Counted from the first letter of the stretch, positions 44,550 to 54,699 are shown. The stretch is 64,000 nt of DNA from Bacillota bacterium (GCA_012837735.1 DUQP01000031.1:16581-80580); one strand, 5' to 3'. Notes: generated from the letters alone by a model not told the origin. Program-made: numbers and translations.

Positions 44550-45292
44550 ATGATTTGGCCAGGAGGCGGGTCGATCTCCTCGGTGTGCCGGTGGATGCCG
44601 TCACGATGGCGGAGGCATTGCATTGGGCGCTGGAACAATTGCCCACAGGAGAGACCAACCTCATTTTTACTCCCAACCCGGAGATAGTGTATCGGGCGTG
44701 GCATGATCCGGTCTTTTACCAAGCCCTCACCAGCGCCGACCTATTGGTGCCGGATGGGATCGGGGTGGTATGGGCGGCGGCCCGCCTGGGCCAGCCGGTA
44801 CCGGAACGGGTGCCCGGTTACGATTTGATGATTCATCTACTTGCTGCGTTGGCGAGGCGCCACGGCAGGGTGTTTTTCCTGGGCGCCAGGCCGGAGGTGG
44901 TGCAGGCTGCCGCCCAGGTAGCGTCCCGGCGCTGGCCAGGCCTGGTGGTGACAGGTTATCACCACGGCTACTTCCAACCCGGGCAAGAGGAGCAAGCGGT
45001 GCTCCAGAAAATCCGCGCTGCCGCCCCCGATTTATTGTTGGTGGCGCTGGGGGCCGGCAAACAGGAAGAATGGCTGGCCTTTCATCGGGCGGAATTGCAG
45101 GTGCCGCTGGCCATCGCGGTCGGGGGCAGCTTTGATGTCCTGGCAGGGATCACTCAGCGGGCCCCCACCTGGATGCAACGCCTGCATTTGGAATGGTTGT
45201 ATCGGTTGTTGCGGCAGCCCAGCCGGTGGCGCCGGATGCTGGCTTTACCCCGGTTTGCCTGGACCATCATCAAGGCTGGGGCAAAAAGATAG
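44546..45292 (+). CDS. tagA: WecG/TagA/CpsF-family glycosyltransferase (N-acetylmannosaminyltransferase)
   Basis: GVPVDAVTMAEAL...IFTPNPEIV...LVPDGIGVVWAA...FFLGARPEV GT26 motifs; ATGA overlap with csaB. Confidence 0.85.
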   Translation: MNDLARRRVDLLGVPVDAVTMAEALHWALEQLPTGETNLIFTPNPEIVYRAWHDPVFYQALTSADLLVPDGIGVVWAAARLGQPVPERVPGYDLMIHLLAALARRHGRVFFLGARPEVVQAAAQVASRRWPGLVVTGYHHGYFQPGQEEQAVLQKIRAAAPDLLLVALGAGKQEEWLAFHRAELQVPLAIAVGGSFDVLAGITQRAPTWMQRLHLEWLYRLLRQPSRWRRMLALPRFAWTIIKAGAKR

Positions 45293-45316
45293 TGGTTGTA
45301 GGGAGGAATGTACTAA

Positions 45317-46144
45317 ATGTCTGCCGAGGAACTAACACTTACAGCAAGAGCGCAGCGGATTCGCCGCCATATCATCCGCATGACGGCGGCGGCCGGCTCT
45401 GGACATCCGGGAGGGTCGCTGTCATGCGTTGAGATTTTGGTGAACTTGTATTTTCGCATCATGCGCATCGATCCGGCCCGGCCAGATTGGCCTGATCGGG
45501 ACCGCTTCGTGCTCTCCAAGGGGCACGCCGCGCCAGCCCTTTACGCCACGCTGGCGGAGCGGGGCTTCTTCCCCACCACACAGTTGACCACCCTGCGCAA
45601 GTGGGGCAGCATGCTGCAGGGCCATCCGGATGCCAAACGCACGCCGGGCGTGGAGGCCTCAACGGGTTCGCTGGGCCAGGGTCTGTCGATGGCCGTTGGT
45701 ATGGCCCTGGCCGGGCGCGTGGACAAAAAGGACTTCCGCGTTTTTGCCCTCCTGGGAGACGGTGAGAGCGAAGAAGGACAGATTTGGGAAGCGGCGATGG
45801 CCGGCGCCCATTACCGGCTCAGTAATTTAGTGGCCTATTTGGACTTTAACCGCCTGCAGGTCGATGGGCGGATTGAGGATGTGATGTCGCCCACCCCGCT
45901 GGCCGATCGGTGGCGGGCATTCGGTTGGGCTGTGCATGAGATCGACGGACACGATTTGACGGCCCTGGCGCAGGTGACAGAACGGGCTTTGGCGGAGGCG
46001 CAAGGACCGCAGCTGATCCTGGCCCATACCAAGAAGGGAAAAGGGGTTTCATTCATGGAAGATGCCATCGATTGGCACGGGGTAGCCCCGAACGCCGAGC
46101 AAGCCCGGCAAGCGTTGCGGGAATTGGGGGGTGAGGACGAATGA
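45317..46144 (+). CDS. transketolase, N-terminal (TPP-binding) subunit
   Basis: SGHPGGSLSCVEIL, GDGESEEGQIWEA motifs; split-type transketolase. Confidence 0.9.
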   Translation: MSAEELTLTARAQRIRRHIIRMTAAAGSGHPGGSLSCVEILVNLYFRIMRIDPARPDWPDRDRFVLSKGHAAPALYATLAERGFFPTTQLTTLRKWGSMLQGHPDAKRTPGVEASTGSLGQGLSMAVGMALAGRVDKKDFRVFALLGDGESEEGQIWEAAMAGAHYRLSNLVAYLDFNRLQVDGRIEDVMSPTPLADRWRAFGWAVHEIDGHDLTALAQVTERALAEAQGPQLILAHTKKGKGVSFMEDAIDWHGVAPNAEQARQALRELGGEDE

Positions 46145-47082
46145 GCGAACCCATGGCTACCAGAGATGCTTATGGCAAGGCTTTGGCGGAATTGGGAGCA
46201 CAAAACCCGAATATCGTGGTGTTGGATGCGGACTTGTCCAAATCCACAAAAACCGCCCTGTTCGGCGAGCGGTTCCCGGAACGCTTTTTTAACATGGGGA
46301 TTGCGGAACAAAATATGATTGGCGTGGCAGCCGGTTTGGCGGCCGCCGGCAAGATTCCTTTTGCCAGCACATTCGCCGTGTTCGCCCCGGGCCGGGTATT
46401 CGATCAGATCCGCAATTCCATTGCCTATGCGGATTTGAACGTGAAGATCGCCGCGTCCCACGCCGGGCTGACCGTCGGCGCAGACGGTGCTTCGCACCAG
46501 GCGGTGGAGGATATCGCTTTGGTTCGCGCCATCCCCCATATGACGGTGATCGTCCCCGCCGATGGCGAGCAGGCCCGGCAGGCGGTGTTTGCCGCCGCCC
46601 AGCACCACGGGCCCGTTTATTTGCGATTGGGGCGTCCCAAGGTGCCGGTGGTCTATGATCAGGAACACCGCTTCCAAATCGGCCGGGCGGACCAATTACG
46701 GACGGGAGACGATGTAGCGATCATCGCCTGCGGCCTGATGGTGTCGCTGGCCTTGCAGGCCGCTGACCAGTTGGCGGCAGAAGGGATAGCGGCCAGCGTG
46801 ATAAACATGGCCACCATCAAGCCGCTGGACATCGGGGCGGTCGTGCGGGCGGCCAAAACCTGTGGGGCGGTGGTGACGGCGGAGGAACACAATATCATTG
46901 GCGGCTTGGGCAGCGCCGTGGCCGAGGCGCTGGGCGAATTCTACCCCGTGCCGCTCCGCCGGGTGGGGATTCAGGACCAGTTTGGGCAATCCGGTGAACC
47001 GGATGAGTTGTTGGCGCACTACGGCATGACCGCCGAACACATTGCCATGGCGGCCAGAGAGGCGGTGGCTAGAAAAGTGTAA
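46141..47082 (+). CDS. transketolase, C-terminal (pyrimidine-binding) subunit
   Basis: FFNMGIAEQNMIGVAAGLA...; ATGA overlap with the N-terminal subunit. Confidence 0.9.
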   Translation: MSEPMATRDAYGKALAELGAQNPNIVVLDADLSKSTKTALFGERFPERFFNMGIAEQNMIGVAAGLAAAGKIPFASTFAVFAPGRVFDQIRNSIAYADLNVKIAASHAGLTVGADGASHQAVEDIALVRAIPHMTVIVPADGEQARQAVFAAAQHHGPVYLRLGRPKVPVVYDQEHRFQIGRADQLRTGDDVAIIACGLMVSLALQAADQLAAEGIAASVINMATIKPLDIGAVVRAAKTCGAVVTAEEHNIIGGLGSAVAEALGEFYPVPLRRVGIQDQFGQSGEPDELLAHYGMTAEHIAMAAREAVARKV

Positions 47083-47086
47083 CGGG

Positions 47087-47115
47087 GGCCGGGCGATCTG
47101 CCCGGCCTTTTTTCT
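47087..47115 (+). terminator. rho-independent terminator after the transketolase genes
   Basis: GGCCGGGC-gatct-GCCCGGCC-TTTTTTCT. Confidence 0.8.
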
Positions 47116-47128
47116 CAGCAGTGAGTGC

Positions 47129-47168
47129 GAGAGGGGGCGGCAGCCTCCTCTCATTTTTTACCTTTTTT
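47129..47168 (+). terminator. second, tandem terminator hairpin
   Basis: GAGAGGGGGC-ggca-GCCTCCTCTC followed by ATTTTTTACCTTTTTT. Confidence 0.55.
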
Positions 47169-47339
47169 CGCAATTAAGAGGAATTTTTCTGTTACCGTCG
47201 AACCTTATGTCGAGTATCTGCGGCTTGATCCGGTGATTCCATTAGGAAATAGGAGCGGTATTGTCATCTCACAAATTTTTATGTCATCTGAGCCGTGATT
47301 ATTGTCGCTGTCCGCTGGAGATGAGAGGGGGCGGAAACA

Positions 47340-48053
47340 GTGATTCATATCAAGCATGTTTCCAAGATCTATTACCCGCGCCGGGTAGTAGCCTTACAGG
47401 ATATCAACGTCCGCATTCGCCCGGGTGAGTTCGTCTTTTTGGTGGGAGCCAGTGGTGCCGGCAAATCCACGTTCCTGAAACTGCTTTATCGCGAGGAGCT
47501 GCCCTCGGAAGGGCAGCTGCTGATTGGGGGCAAAGACGTAGCGCGCTTACGCCAACGGGATGTACCGTACCTGCGCCGCCGTATCGGGATCATTTTCCAG
47601 GATTTCAAGCTATTGCCGGACCGGACTGTGTTTGAAAATGTGGCTTTCGCCCTGCGCGTGACGGAGGCCAGTCCCAAGGAGATTAGGCGCCGGGTTCCGA
47701 CTGTTTTAGAGATGGTGGGGTTAGCGGAGAAAGAGCGCCACTACCCCTCACAGCTTTCCGGTGGGGAACAACAACGGGTTGGGCTGGCCCGCGCCCTGGT
47801 GAACAGGCCGCCGCTGATTCTGGCCGATGAACCCACTGGCAACCTCGATCCACAGACCTCGCTGGAAATCATGGCCCTTCTGGAACAGATCAACCGCATG
47901 GGTGCCACCGTTGTGATGGCCACCCATGCCAGCAACATTGTCGATATGTTTCGGAAACGCGTGATCGCCCTTGACCGGGGCCGCATTGTGCGGGATCAGG
48001 AAAGGGGGGTCTATAGCAATGAAGCCAAGCACCTGGAAGTACATCCTGGGTGA
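47340..48053 (+). CDS. ftsE: cell-division ABC transporter ATP-binding protein FtsE
   Basis: Walker A GASGAGKST, LSGGEQQRVGLARA, ILADEPTGNLD; GTG start after GAGAGGGGG. Confidence 0.9.
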   Translation: MIHIKHVSKIYYPRRVVALQDINVRIRPGEFVFLVGASGAGKSTFLKLLYREELPSEGQLLIGGKDVARLRQRDVPYLRRRIGIIFQDFKLLPDRTVFENVAFALRVTEASPKEIRRRVPTVLEMVGLAEKERHYPSQLSGGEQQRVGLARALVNRPPLILADEPTGNLDPQTSLEIMALLEQINRMGATVVMATHASNIVDMFRKRVIALDRGRIVRDQERGVYSNEAKHLEVHPG

Positions 48054-48906
48054 GGCCGGCCGCGGGATCAAGAAAAACACTCTGATGAGCGTGGCAGCGG
48101 TCACAACCGTCACGCTTTCCCTGCTCACGCTCGCTTTGGTGCTGTTATTGGTATTTAACTTCAACCATCTGGCCGGCACATTGGAGTCGCAGATGCAGGT
48201 GGTGGCCTACCTGGATGATAATTTACCGGCCCCCCGGGTGGCCGAGCTTGACGCTCAAATCAAGGCTATTGAGGGTGTGAGCGAGGTCGCTTATGTGACT
48301 AAAGCGGAGGCTTTGGAGCGTTTAAAGGCAGAGTTTGGGGTGGACAGTGACATCCTGGCGGCGGTGGAGGACATGAATCCATTGCGGGATTCCTTTGAGA
48401 TCGCTGCTGCCGACCCGGAACAGATCAGTGCCATCGCTGGCCAGGTGGCTGAGCTCGCCGGCGTGGCGGAAGTGAATTATGGCCAGGAGATCCTGGAACT
48501 GCTGTTGTCGCTGACCAGTGTGATCCGGTACGGTGGTGCGGCGCTGTTGGTGGCTTTCATTTTGGCCACTGTGATGATCATTGCCAACGCTATCCGGATG
48601 ACGGTCGTGGCGCGCCGGCGCGAGGTGGCAATCATGAAGCTGGTGGGAGCCACTGACGCATTGATCCGGTGGCCATTCCTGCTGGAAGGAGTATTGTTGG
48701 GCCTGGCGGGCGCAGTCGTCACGGCGGCACTGGTGTGGGCTGGTTACAGCTGGGTGGTGGGTGCCATGCAACGTTCTTTGCCATTTGTGCCCATCGTCGC
48801 TGAGTGGCAACCGATCCTTTTGGTGCTGGCTTTGCTGATAGTGGGGGGAGTGGTGATTGGAGCGGTGGGAAGCACCATCTCTATCCGCCGTTTCCTGCGG
48901 GTATAG
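48019..48906 (+). CDS. ftsX: cell-division permease FtsX
   Basis: N-terminus MKPSTWKYILGEAGRGIKKN, TM1, extracytoplasmic loop, 3 C-terminal TMs; ATG 48019 after GAAAGGGGGG, overlapping the ftsE 3' end. Confidence 0.85.
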   Translation: MKPSTWKYILGEAGRGIKKNTLMSVAAVTTVTLSLLTLALVLLLVFNFNHLAGTLESQMQVVAYLDDNLPAPRVAELDAQIKAIEGVSEVAYVTKAEALERLKAEFGVDSDILAAVEDMNPLRDSFEIAAADPEQISAIAGQVAELAGVAEVNYGQEILELLLSLTSVIRYGGAALLVAFILATVMIIANAIRMTVVARRREVAIMKLVGATDALIRWPFLLEGVLLGLAGAVVTAALVWAGYSWVVGAMQRSLPFVPIVAEWQPILLVLALLIVGGVVIGAVGSTISIRRFLRV

Positions 48907-48926
48907 CATTGCTTGGGGGGATACCG

Positions 48927-50099
48927 ATGAACTCGATGGGGCGCACGCTTTGGCGGTGGGTAGCCCTGATGATAGCCCTGACATTTCTGTTTACCATCCT
49001 GGCGCCGGCCATTGTCCGGGCTGATGGGAACGATTATGAACAGCAAATAGCCGAACAGGAAAAACGCCTGGAACAGGTGCGGGCGCAGATAGAACAACAA
49101 AAAGCACAGCTGCAGCAAAACGAGCAAAAGCGGCAAACGCTCATTCAAGAGCTGGCCAACACGCAAGCCCGCCTGGATATTGCCCAGCAAGAACTGGCGG
49201 TGGCGGAAGAAGAATTGACATTGAAGGCCCGCCAGGTCGCCCATACTGAGCAAGAGCTGGCCACGACGGAAGCGGAGCTGGAAGAAAGGACGGAGCTGCT
49301 GAAAAACCGGGTGCGCGCCATCTATGAATCGCGGGGCTTAGGGTACCTGGAGGTGTTGCTGAAGGCGGAGGACCTGGGGGATTTCTTCAGTCGTTTCTCG
49401 CTGTTGCGGCAGATCGTGGCGGCCGATGTGGATTTGTTCCAGCAGATCCGCGCCGAACGGGACAAGCTGGCAGCGCAACGAGTCAAGCTGGAGCAGGAAA
49501 AGCAGCAGCTAGCGGTTTTGCGGAATGAAGCGCAGGCAAAACGTGATGCCGTGCAGCAAGAGAAGAACAGCCAGCAACAGATGATGGCCCGCATCCAGAG
49601 CGACAAAAAGATGCATGAGCGGGCGATCGCGGAGTTGGAGGAGCTCTCGGAAGAGTTGATCGGCATCATCCAGCGTTTGCAGTTAGCCCAGGAGGGTAAA
49701 CTGAGCACTGTGAACAAGGATTTCACCTGGCCCACCGCCGGTCCGATCACCTCTTATTTCGGGCGGCGCTTCCACCCGGTACTTAAGGTCTGGAAAGGCC
49801 ACACCGGGATTGACATTGGCGCCCCGCATGGCCAGCAGATTAAAGCCGCTGAAAGCGGGATTGTGATTTTCAGCGGCTGGTTGGGCGGTTACGGGCAGGC
49901 GATCATCATTGATCACGGCGGTGGCTACTCCACGCTCTATGCGCACGCCAGCCGGTTGCTGGCCAGCGTGAACACTACGGTGGTGAAAGGACAACACATC
50001 GCCAATATCGGTTCCACCGGGCTGAGCACCGGGCCACATTTGCACTTTGAAATCCGCGTCAATGGTACCCCGGTGAACCCGCTCGGCATGTTACCTTGA
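48927..50099 (+). CDS. M23-family peptidase with long N-terminal coiled coil (EnvC/PcsB-like, FtsEX-associated)
   Basis: about 200-aa heptad-rich coiled coil; intact M23 active site HTGIDIGAPHG ... GPHLHFEIR; GGGGGGA before ATG 48927. Confidence 0.85.
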   Translation: MNSMGRTLWRWVALMIALTFLFTILAPAIVRADGNDYEQQIAEQEKRLEQVRAQIEQQKAQLQQNEQKRQTLIQELANTQARLDIAQQELAVAEEELTLKARQVAHTEQELATTEAELEERTELLKNRVRAIYESRGLGYLEVLLKAEDLGDFFSRFSLLRQIVAADVDLFQQIRAERDKLAAQRVKLEQEKQQLAVLRNEAQAKRDAVQQEKNSQQQMMARIQSDKKMHERAIAELEELSEELIGIIQRLQLAQEGKLSTVNKDFTWPTAGPITSYFGRRFHPVLKVWKGHTGIDIGAPHGQQIKAAESGIVIFSGWLGGYGQAIIIDHGGGYSTLYAHASRLLASVNTTVVKGQHIANIGSTGLSTGPHLHFEIRVNGTPVNPLGMLP

Positions 50100-50114
50100 C
50101 AGGGCGCGACAGGC

Positions 50115-50146
50115 TCAGGGGGCTACGGCCCCCTGATTTGTTTTCT
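50115..50146 (+). terminator. rho-independent terminator
   Basis: TCAGGGGGC-tacg-GCCCCCTGA then TTTGTTTTCT. Confidence 0.75.
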
Positions 50147-50156
50147 GGGGGTGGCG

Positions 50157-50185
50157 TTGTCAATCGGGGTCGCTTCCGGTAGAAT
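50157..50185 (+). promoter_or_regulatory. sigma-A promoter TTGTCA-17 nt-TAGAAT for the S41 protease gene
   Basis: -35 50157-50162, -10 50180-50185, 17-nt spacer; immediately downstream of a terminator. Confidence 0.55.
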
Positions 50186-50206
50186 AGTAGGAGAGACTTT
50201 GGCGGA

Positions 50207-51409
50207 ATGGATGGGATGCCTGTGCGTGGAAATCGGCGGTCCATTCTATGGGCAGCTTTAGCTTTAGTGTTGGTGACCGCCTTGGCAACATATCAGATTA
50301 CGGCAGGGTTTTATCAGGCCCGTCTGGCGGAGATGCGAGACGGGCTTTCTTACCTGGGAGAGGCGGAGAATTTCCGCGACCTGCTCCAGGTCGCGGAACA
50401 CATCCGTGATCAAGCCGTGGGCAATCCGGCGCCGGAAACGCTCGTGCAAGGGGCGATCGCAGGGATGGTGGATGCCCTTGATGACCGCTACTCCGTGTAT
50501 TTGCCGGCTGATCAATACCGGCGGCTGTTGGATCAGAACAGCGGCTCTTTCGAGGGGATCGGGGTGGTCGTCGAGTTGAGCGAAGGCCTGGTGACGATAG
50601 TCACTCCTTTACCGGGGACCCCGGGCGAACGGGTCGGTCTGCAACCGCAGGATGTCATCCTGGCTGTGGATGGCCATAGCGTGGCCGGCATGACGTTACT
50701 GGAGGCAGTCGGGTTGATCACCGGACCACAGCATACCCAGGTCAGGTTGACGATACAGCGCGGCAGCGAACAGTTGGAAATGATGGTGGAGCGGGAGCAT
50801 ATTGAATTACCGACTGTAGATAGTATCATGCTGCCGGCCAACACCGGGTATCTGCGTTTATTCTTCTTTAACGAACGGACGGCCCAATTAACCGCGCAGG
50901 CGTTGGATGGGCTGCGTGCCCAGGGCATGGAGAAGTTGATCCTGGATTTACGCCGCAACCCGGGCGGTTTGCTAGAAGATGCCCTGCGGGTGGCGGAGAT
51001 GCTAGTCCCAGAGGGGCCGATCCTGATTTTGGAGGACCAGCTGGGCCAGCGTTTGACGCGTTATTCATATTCCCAGGGGTTGGGGATGCCCCTGGTAGTA
51101 TTGATAGATGAAGGCAGTGCCAGTGCGGCTGAAATCGTGGCGGGAGCGGTCCGGGATCGCGCTGCCGGGACATTGGTCGGCACCAGCACATACGGCAAGG
51201 GTTCTGTGCAGACGATTATTGCTTTGGATTCGGGGGCCGGGCTGAAGCTGACCAGCGGCCACTTTCTCACTCCCCGGGGGATAGCACTGGACGGTGAGGG
51301 TCTGGAGCCTGACCTGGCTGTGGCAGCCAGCGTACCGCTCGGGATGGAACGGCCGAATATGCCGCAGGATGATCAGTTGAGAGCGGCCTGGAAACTGCTG
51401 AACGAGTGA
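50207..51409 (+). CDS. S41-family carboxy-terminal processing protease (CtpA/CtpB-like) with PDZ domain
   Basis: PDZ GLQPQDVILAVDG, catalytic region LDLRRNPGG...VLIDEGSASAAEIVAGA (Ser/Lys dyad context). Confidence 0.88.
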   Translation: MDGMPVRGNRRSILWAALALVLVTALATYQITAGFYQARLAEMRDGLSYLGEAENFRDLLQVAEHIRDQAVGNPAPETLVQGAIAGMVDALDDRYSVYLPADQYRRLLDQNSGSFEGIGVVVELSEGLVTIVTPLPGTPGERVGLQPQDVILAVDGHSVAGMTLLEAVGLITGPQHTQVRLTIQRGSEQLEMMVEREHIELPTVDSIMLPANTGYLRLFFFNERTAQLTAQALDGLRAQGMEKLILDLRRNPGGLLEDALRVAEMLVPEGPILILEDQLGQRLTRYSYSQGLGMPLVVLIDEGSASAAEIVAGAVRDRAAGTLVGTSTYGKGSVQTIIALDSGAGLKLTSGHFLTPRGIALDGEGLEPDLAVAASVPLGMERPNMPQDDQLRAAWKLLNE

Positions 51410-51422
51410 GAGGTGAAGGCAG

Positions 51423-52658
51423 TTGTTCCCTTTTTGGCCGGTATTATGGGAAATGCTACGTACGCTGCCACGGCTGGGCTATGATCCGCGCCTGGCATTG
51501 ATCTTCTGGATTGTGATTGCCCTGGTGGGATGGCAGTATCGGAGGGTGGCGAGACTGCAAAAGCAGTTGTATGGAGTGGCGCTCATTAACCCGGTGCGGG
51601 AAACCATCGTCACCACCCTACAGGGAGTGGTCGGGGGGCTGGTGGGGAGCATCCTGCTGGTTGTGGTGGGGATCAGCGCTACGGATCTGGGTGCCGGTTA
51701 CCTGCTGTTGGTGGCTGTGTTGTTGTCAATGATCCATCCCCGCTTGATGTGTTTCTCGTATGCGGGAGCCATTTTAGCGTTTTCGCATTTGTTGTTCGGC
51801 TGGCCGCGCTTGAGCGTACCGGCAGTGGTGGCACTGGTCGCGATCCTGCACATAATGGAGAGCATCTTGATTCGCTTCACAGGCCACCAGGGGGCAGCCG
51901 CAATGCCGATCAGTACGGAGCGGGGAGAGCTGGTCGGTGGTTTCGCCCTACAACGCTTCTGGGCAATGCCGATCTTCCTGTTGCTGTTGATTCAGCTGCC
52001 CTCCGGCGTGCCGGCCGGGGCGATCCCGATGCCGGACTGGTGGCCGCTGATCCCGGCTCTGGATCTGGCCGGTGCCGGGGAAAACGGGTTGTTCGTCCTT
52101 TTGCCGGTGGCGGCCGCGCTTGGATATTCCGACCTGGCGCTCACCCAGTGGCCTCGTCAGCGCACCAGGCAAAGCGCCTGGCAACTTGGCGTCTATAGCG
52201 TTTCGTTGTTGCTGTTGGCGGTGGCGTCCGCCTTTTACCCCATCTTGCATTGGGCGGCGGCGGCGGCCAGTGCCTTTGGGCATGAGCTGGTAATCAAGCT
52301 GGGAACCCGCAATCAGGAGGGTGCCCGGCCGGTGCTGAGTCAACCGGCCATGGGCGTGCTGGTGCTGGATACCCTGCCCCAGAGCCCGGCCCGGCAGGCC
52401 GGGTTGCGCTCCGGGGATGTGATCCGGGCGGTGGACGGGGAGCCGGTGTATAGCCGGGACGCCGTGCAGAGCGCCCTGGCCCAGCCGGGGCGGCGGGAAT
52501 TGACATTGCGGGACGGGCAAAGGATAACGGTCAGCGGGGCTGTCGATCTGGCCGGCGAGCTGGGGCTGTTGCTGCTGCCGCCCGCGGGCGGAGTGTATGT
52601 GCAGCGGCGGCGGGGCGGGTTGCTGCAGCGCTGGTGGCGCAAATGGCGCCGGATGTGA
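51423..52658 (+). CDS. polytopic membrane protein with C-terminal PDZ domain; function unknown
   Basis: about 8 predicted TM helices followed by [21 protein letters not shown] start after GAGAGGTGAAGG. Confidence 0.65.
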   Translation: MFPFWPVLWEMLRTLPRLGYDPRLALIFWIVIALVGWQYRRVARLQKQLYGVALINPVRETIVTTLQGVVGGLVGSILLVVVGISATDLGAGYLLLVAVLLSMIHPRLMCFSYAGAILAFSHLLFGWPRLSVPAVVALVAILHIMESILIRFTGHQGAAAMPISTERGELVGGFALQRFWAMPIFLLLLIQLPSGVPAGAIPMPDWWPLIPALDLAGAGENGLFVLLPVAAALGYSDLALTQWPRQRTRQSAWQLGVYSVSLLLLAVASAFYPILHWAAAAASAFGHELVIKLGTRNQEGARPVLSQPAMGVLVLDTLPQSPARQAGLRSGDVIRAVDGEPVYSRDAVQSALAQPGRRELTLRDGQRITVSGAVDLAGELGLLLLPPAGGVYVQRRRGGLLQRWWRKWRRM

Positions 52659-52671
52659 GGGGGGTGGGGTA

Positions 52672-54687
52672 GTGGACGGGCGGTTCCGGATAGTATCAGA
52701 ATTCACACCCCAGGGTGATCAGCCGCAGGCCATCGCGCAACTGAGCGACGGGATCCGCAATGGGCTGCGCAACCAGACACTGCTGGGAGTGACCGGTAGC
52801 GGCAAGACATATACCATGGCGGCGGTCATTGCGCAAGTGCAACGCCCGACGCTGGTGATCGCCCACAACAAGATCCTGGCGGCCCAGTTGTGCAGTGAAT
52901 TCAAAGAGTTCTTTCCCCATAACAGCGTCGAGTATTTCGTCAGCTACTATGATTATTACCAGCCTGAAGCCTATATCCCGCAATCTGATACTTATATCGA
53001 AAAGGATGCGGCCGTGAACGAGGAGATCGACAAGCTGCGCCACTCGGCCACTTCCGCCATTCTGGAGCGGCGGGACGTGATTGTGGTGGCAAGTGTGTCC
53101 TGCATCTACGGCCTTGGGTCGCCGGAAGACTATCGCGACCTGTGTTTGTCGCTGCGGCCGGGTATGGAAAAGGACCGGGACGAGATCTTGCGCAAGTTGG
53201 TGCAGATCCGTTATATGCGCAATGATGTGGATTTTCATCGCGGCACATTCCGGGTGCGGGGGGACTGCATTGAAATCCTGCCGGCTTCGCTGGTGGAGCG
53301 CGCCATTCGGGTCGAGCTGTTTGGTGATGAAGTGGAACGCATTACTGAAATAGACGTCATTACCGGGGAAGTGTTGGGGGAGCGGCAGCATGTGGCGATT
53401 TTCCCCGCCAGCCACTATGTCACGACAGAGGGAAAAATGCAGCAGGCCATCCGTTCCATCAAGGCCGAGCTGGCCGAGCGGCTGGCCGAGCTGCGCAATC
53501 AGGGCAAGCTGCTGGAAGCGCAGCGGTTGGAACAACGCACAAGTTATGATTTAGAGATGATGCAACAGCTCGGTTATTGCAACGGGATCGAGAACTACTC
53601 GCGCCACTTCACAGACCGCCGACCGGGGGACCCTCCTTTCACTCTCTTGGATTTCTTCCCGGAGGATTTTTTGACCATCATCGATGAGTCCCACGTCACT
53701 CTGCCACAATTACGGGCCATGCATGCCGGTGATAAATCCCGCAAGGATGCCCTGGTGGAACATGGTTTTCGGTTACCGTCCGCCTATGACAACCGCCCGT
53801 TGACGTTCGCCGAATTCGAACAAAAGCGTGGTCAAATCATATTTGCCTCCGCCACTCCCGGCCAATATGAACTTCAGTTATCGCATCGGGTGGTGGAGCA
53901 GATCGTCCGACCCACAGGGCTCGTGGACCCCAGGGTGGAAGTGCGGCCGACCGCCGACCAGATCGACGATTTGCTGGCAGAAATCAACCGGGTGGTGGGG
54001 CGCGGCTACCGGGTGCTGGTGACAACTTTGACCAAACGCATGGCGGAGGGCCTGACGGAATATCTGCGGGAGGTAGGGGTGAAGGTCCGCTATATGCATT
54101 CTGAGGTGGCCACGATCGAACGGATGGAAATCGTGCGGGACCTGCGCCTGGGCCAGTTCGACGTGTTGGTGGGAATCAACCTGTTGCGAGAAGGGCTGGA
54201 TTTGCCGGAAGTGGCTCTGGTGGCGATCCTGGATGCGGACAAGGAAGGATTTTTGCGTTCCGAGACCTCATTGGTGCAGACGATTGGGCGGGCAGCCCGG
54301 AACGTGGATGGGTATGTGATCATGTATGCGGACCGGGTCACGGAGGCGATGCGGCGGGCGATTGATGAAACACAACGGCGCCGGGACCGGCAAATGGTAT
54401 TTAACGAACGGCATGGCATCACACCCCAGACGGTGCGCAAAGCGGTGCGGGAAGTCCTGGAGGCCACCAGGGTTGCCGAGCAGGATCAGGGGGCGGAAGC
54501 GGTCACCACATTCCAGGGCAAGCGGTTGGCCGATTTGCGCCCGGACGAACTCCCGAGAGCGATCGCGCGCCTGCGGGAGCAAATGCAGGAGGCCAGCAAG
54601 CGGCTGGAATTTGAACAGGCGGCCGTGTTACGGGATGTGATTTTCGAATTGGAAGAAAGGCGTTATGGCGCGGTGCGGCGGAGTTAG
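52672..54687 (+). CDS. uvrB: excinuclease ABC subunit B
   Basis: N-terminus [17 protein letters not shown], Walker A GVTGSGKT, beta-hairpin and C-terminal UVR domain; GTG 52672 about 14 nt after the upstream stop. Confidence 0.93.
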   Translation: MDGRFRIVSEFTPQGDQPQAIAQLSDGIRNGLRNQTLLGVTGSGKTYTMAAVIAQVQRPTLVIAHNKILAAQLCSEFKEFFPHNSVEYFVSYYDYYQPEAYIPQSDTYIEKDAAVNEEIDKLRHSATSAILERRDVIVVASVSCIYGLGSPEDYRDLCLSLRPGMEKDRDEILRKLVQIRYMRNDVDFHRGTFRVRGDCIEILPASLVERAIRVELFGDEVERITEIDVITGEVLGERQHVAIFPASHYVTTEGKMQQAIRSIKAELAERLAELRNQGKLLEAQRLEQRTSYDLEMMQQLGYCNGIENYSRHFTDRRPGDPPFTLLDFFPEDFLTIIDESHVTLPQLRAMHAGDKSRKDALVEHGFRLPSAYDNRPLTFAEFEQKRGQIIFASATPGQYELQLSHRVVEQIVRPTGLVDPRVEVRPTADQIDDLLAEINRVVGRGYRVLVTTLTKRMAEGLTEYLREVGVKVRYMHSEVATIERMEIVRDLRLGQFDVLVGINLLREGLDLPEVALVAILDADKEGFLRSETSLVQTIGRAARNVDGYVIMYADRVTEAMRRAIDETQRRRDRQMVFNERHGITPQTVRKAVREVLEATRVAEQDQGAEAVTTFQGKRLADLRPDELPRAIARLREQMQEASKRLEFEQAAVLRDVIFELEERRYGAVRRS

Positions 54688-54699
54688 CCCTGGCCGGTG

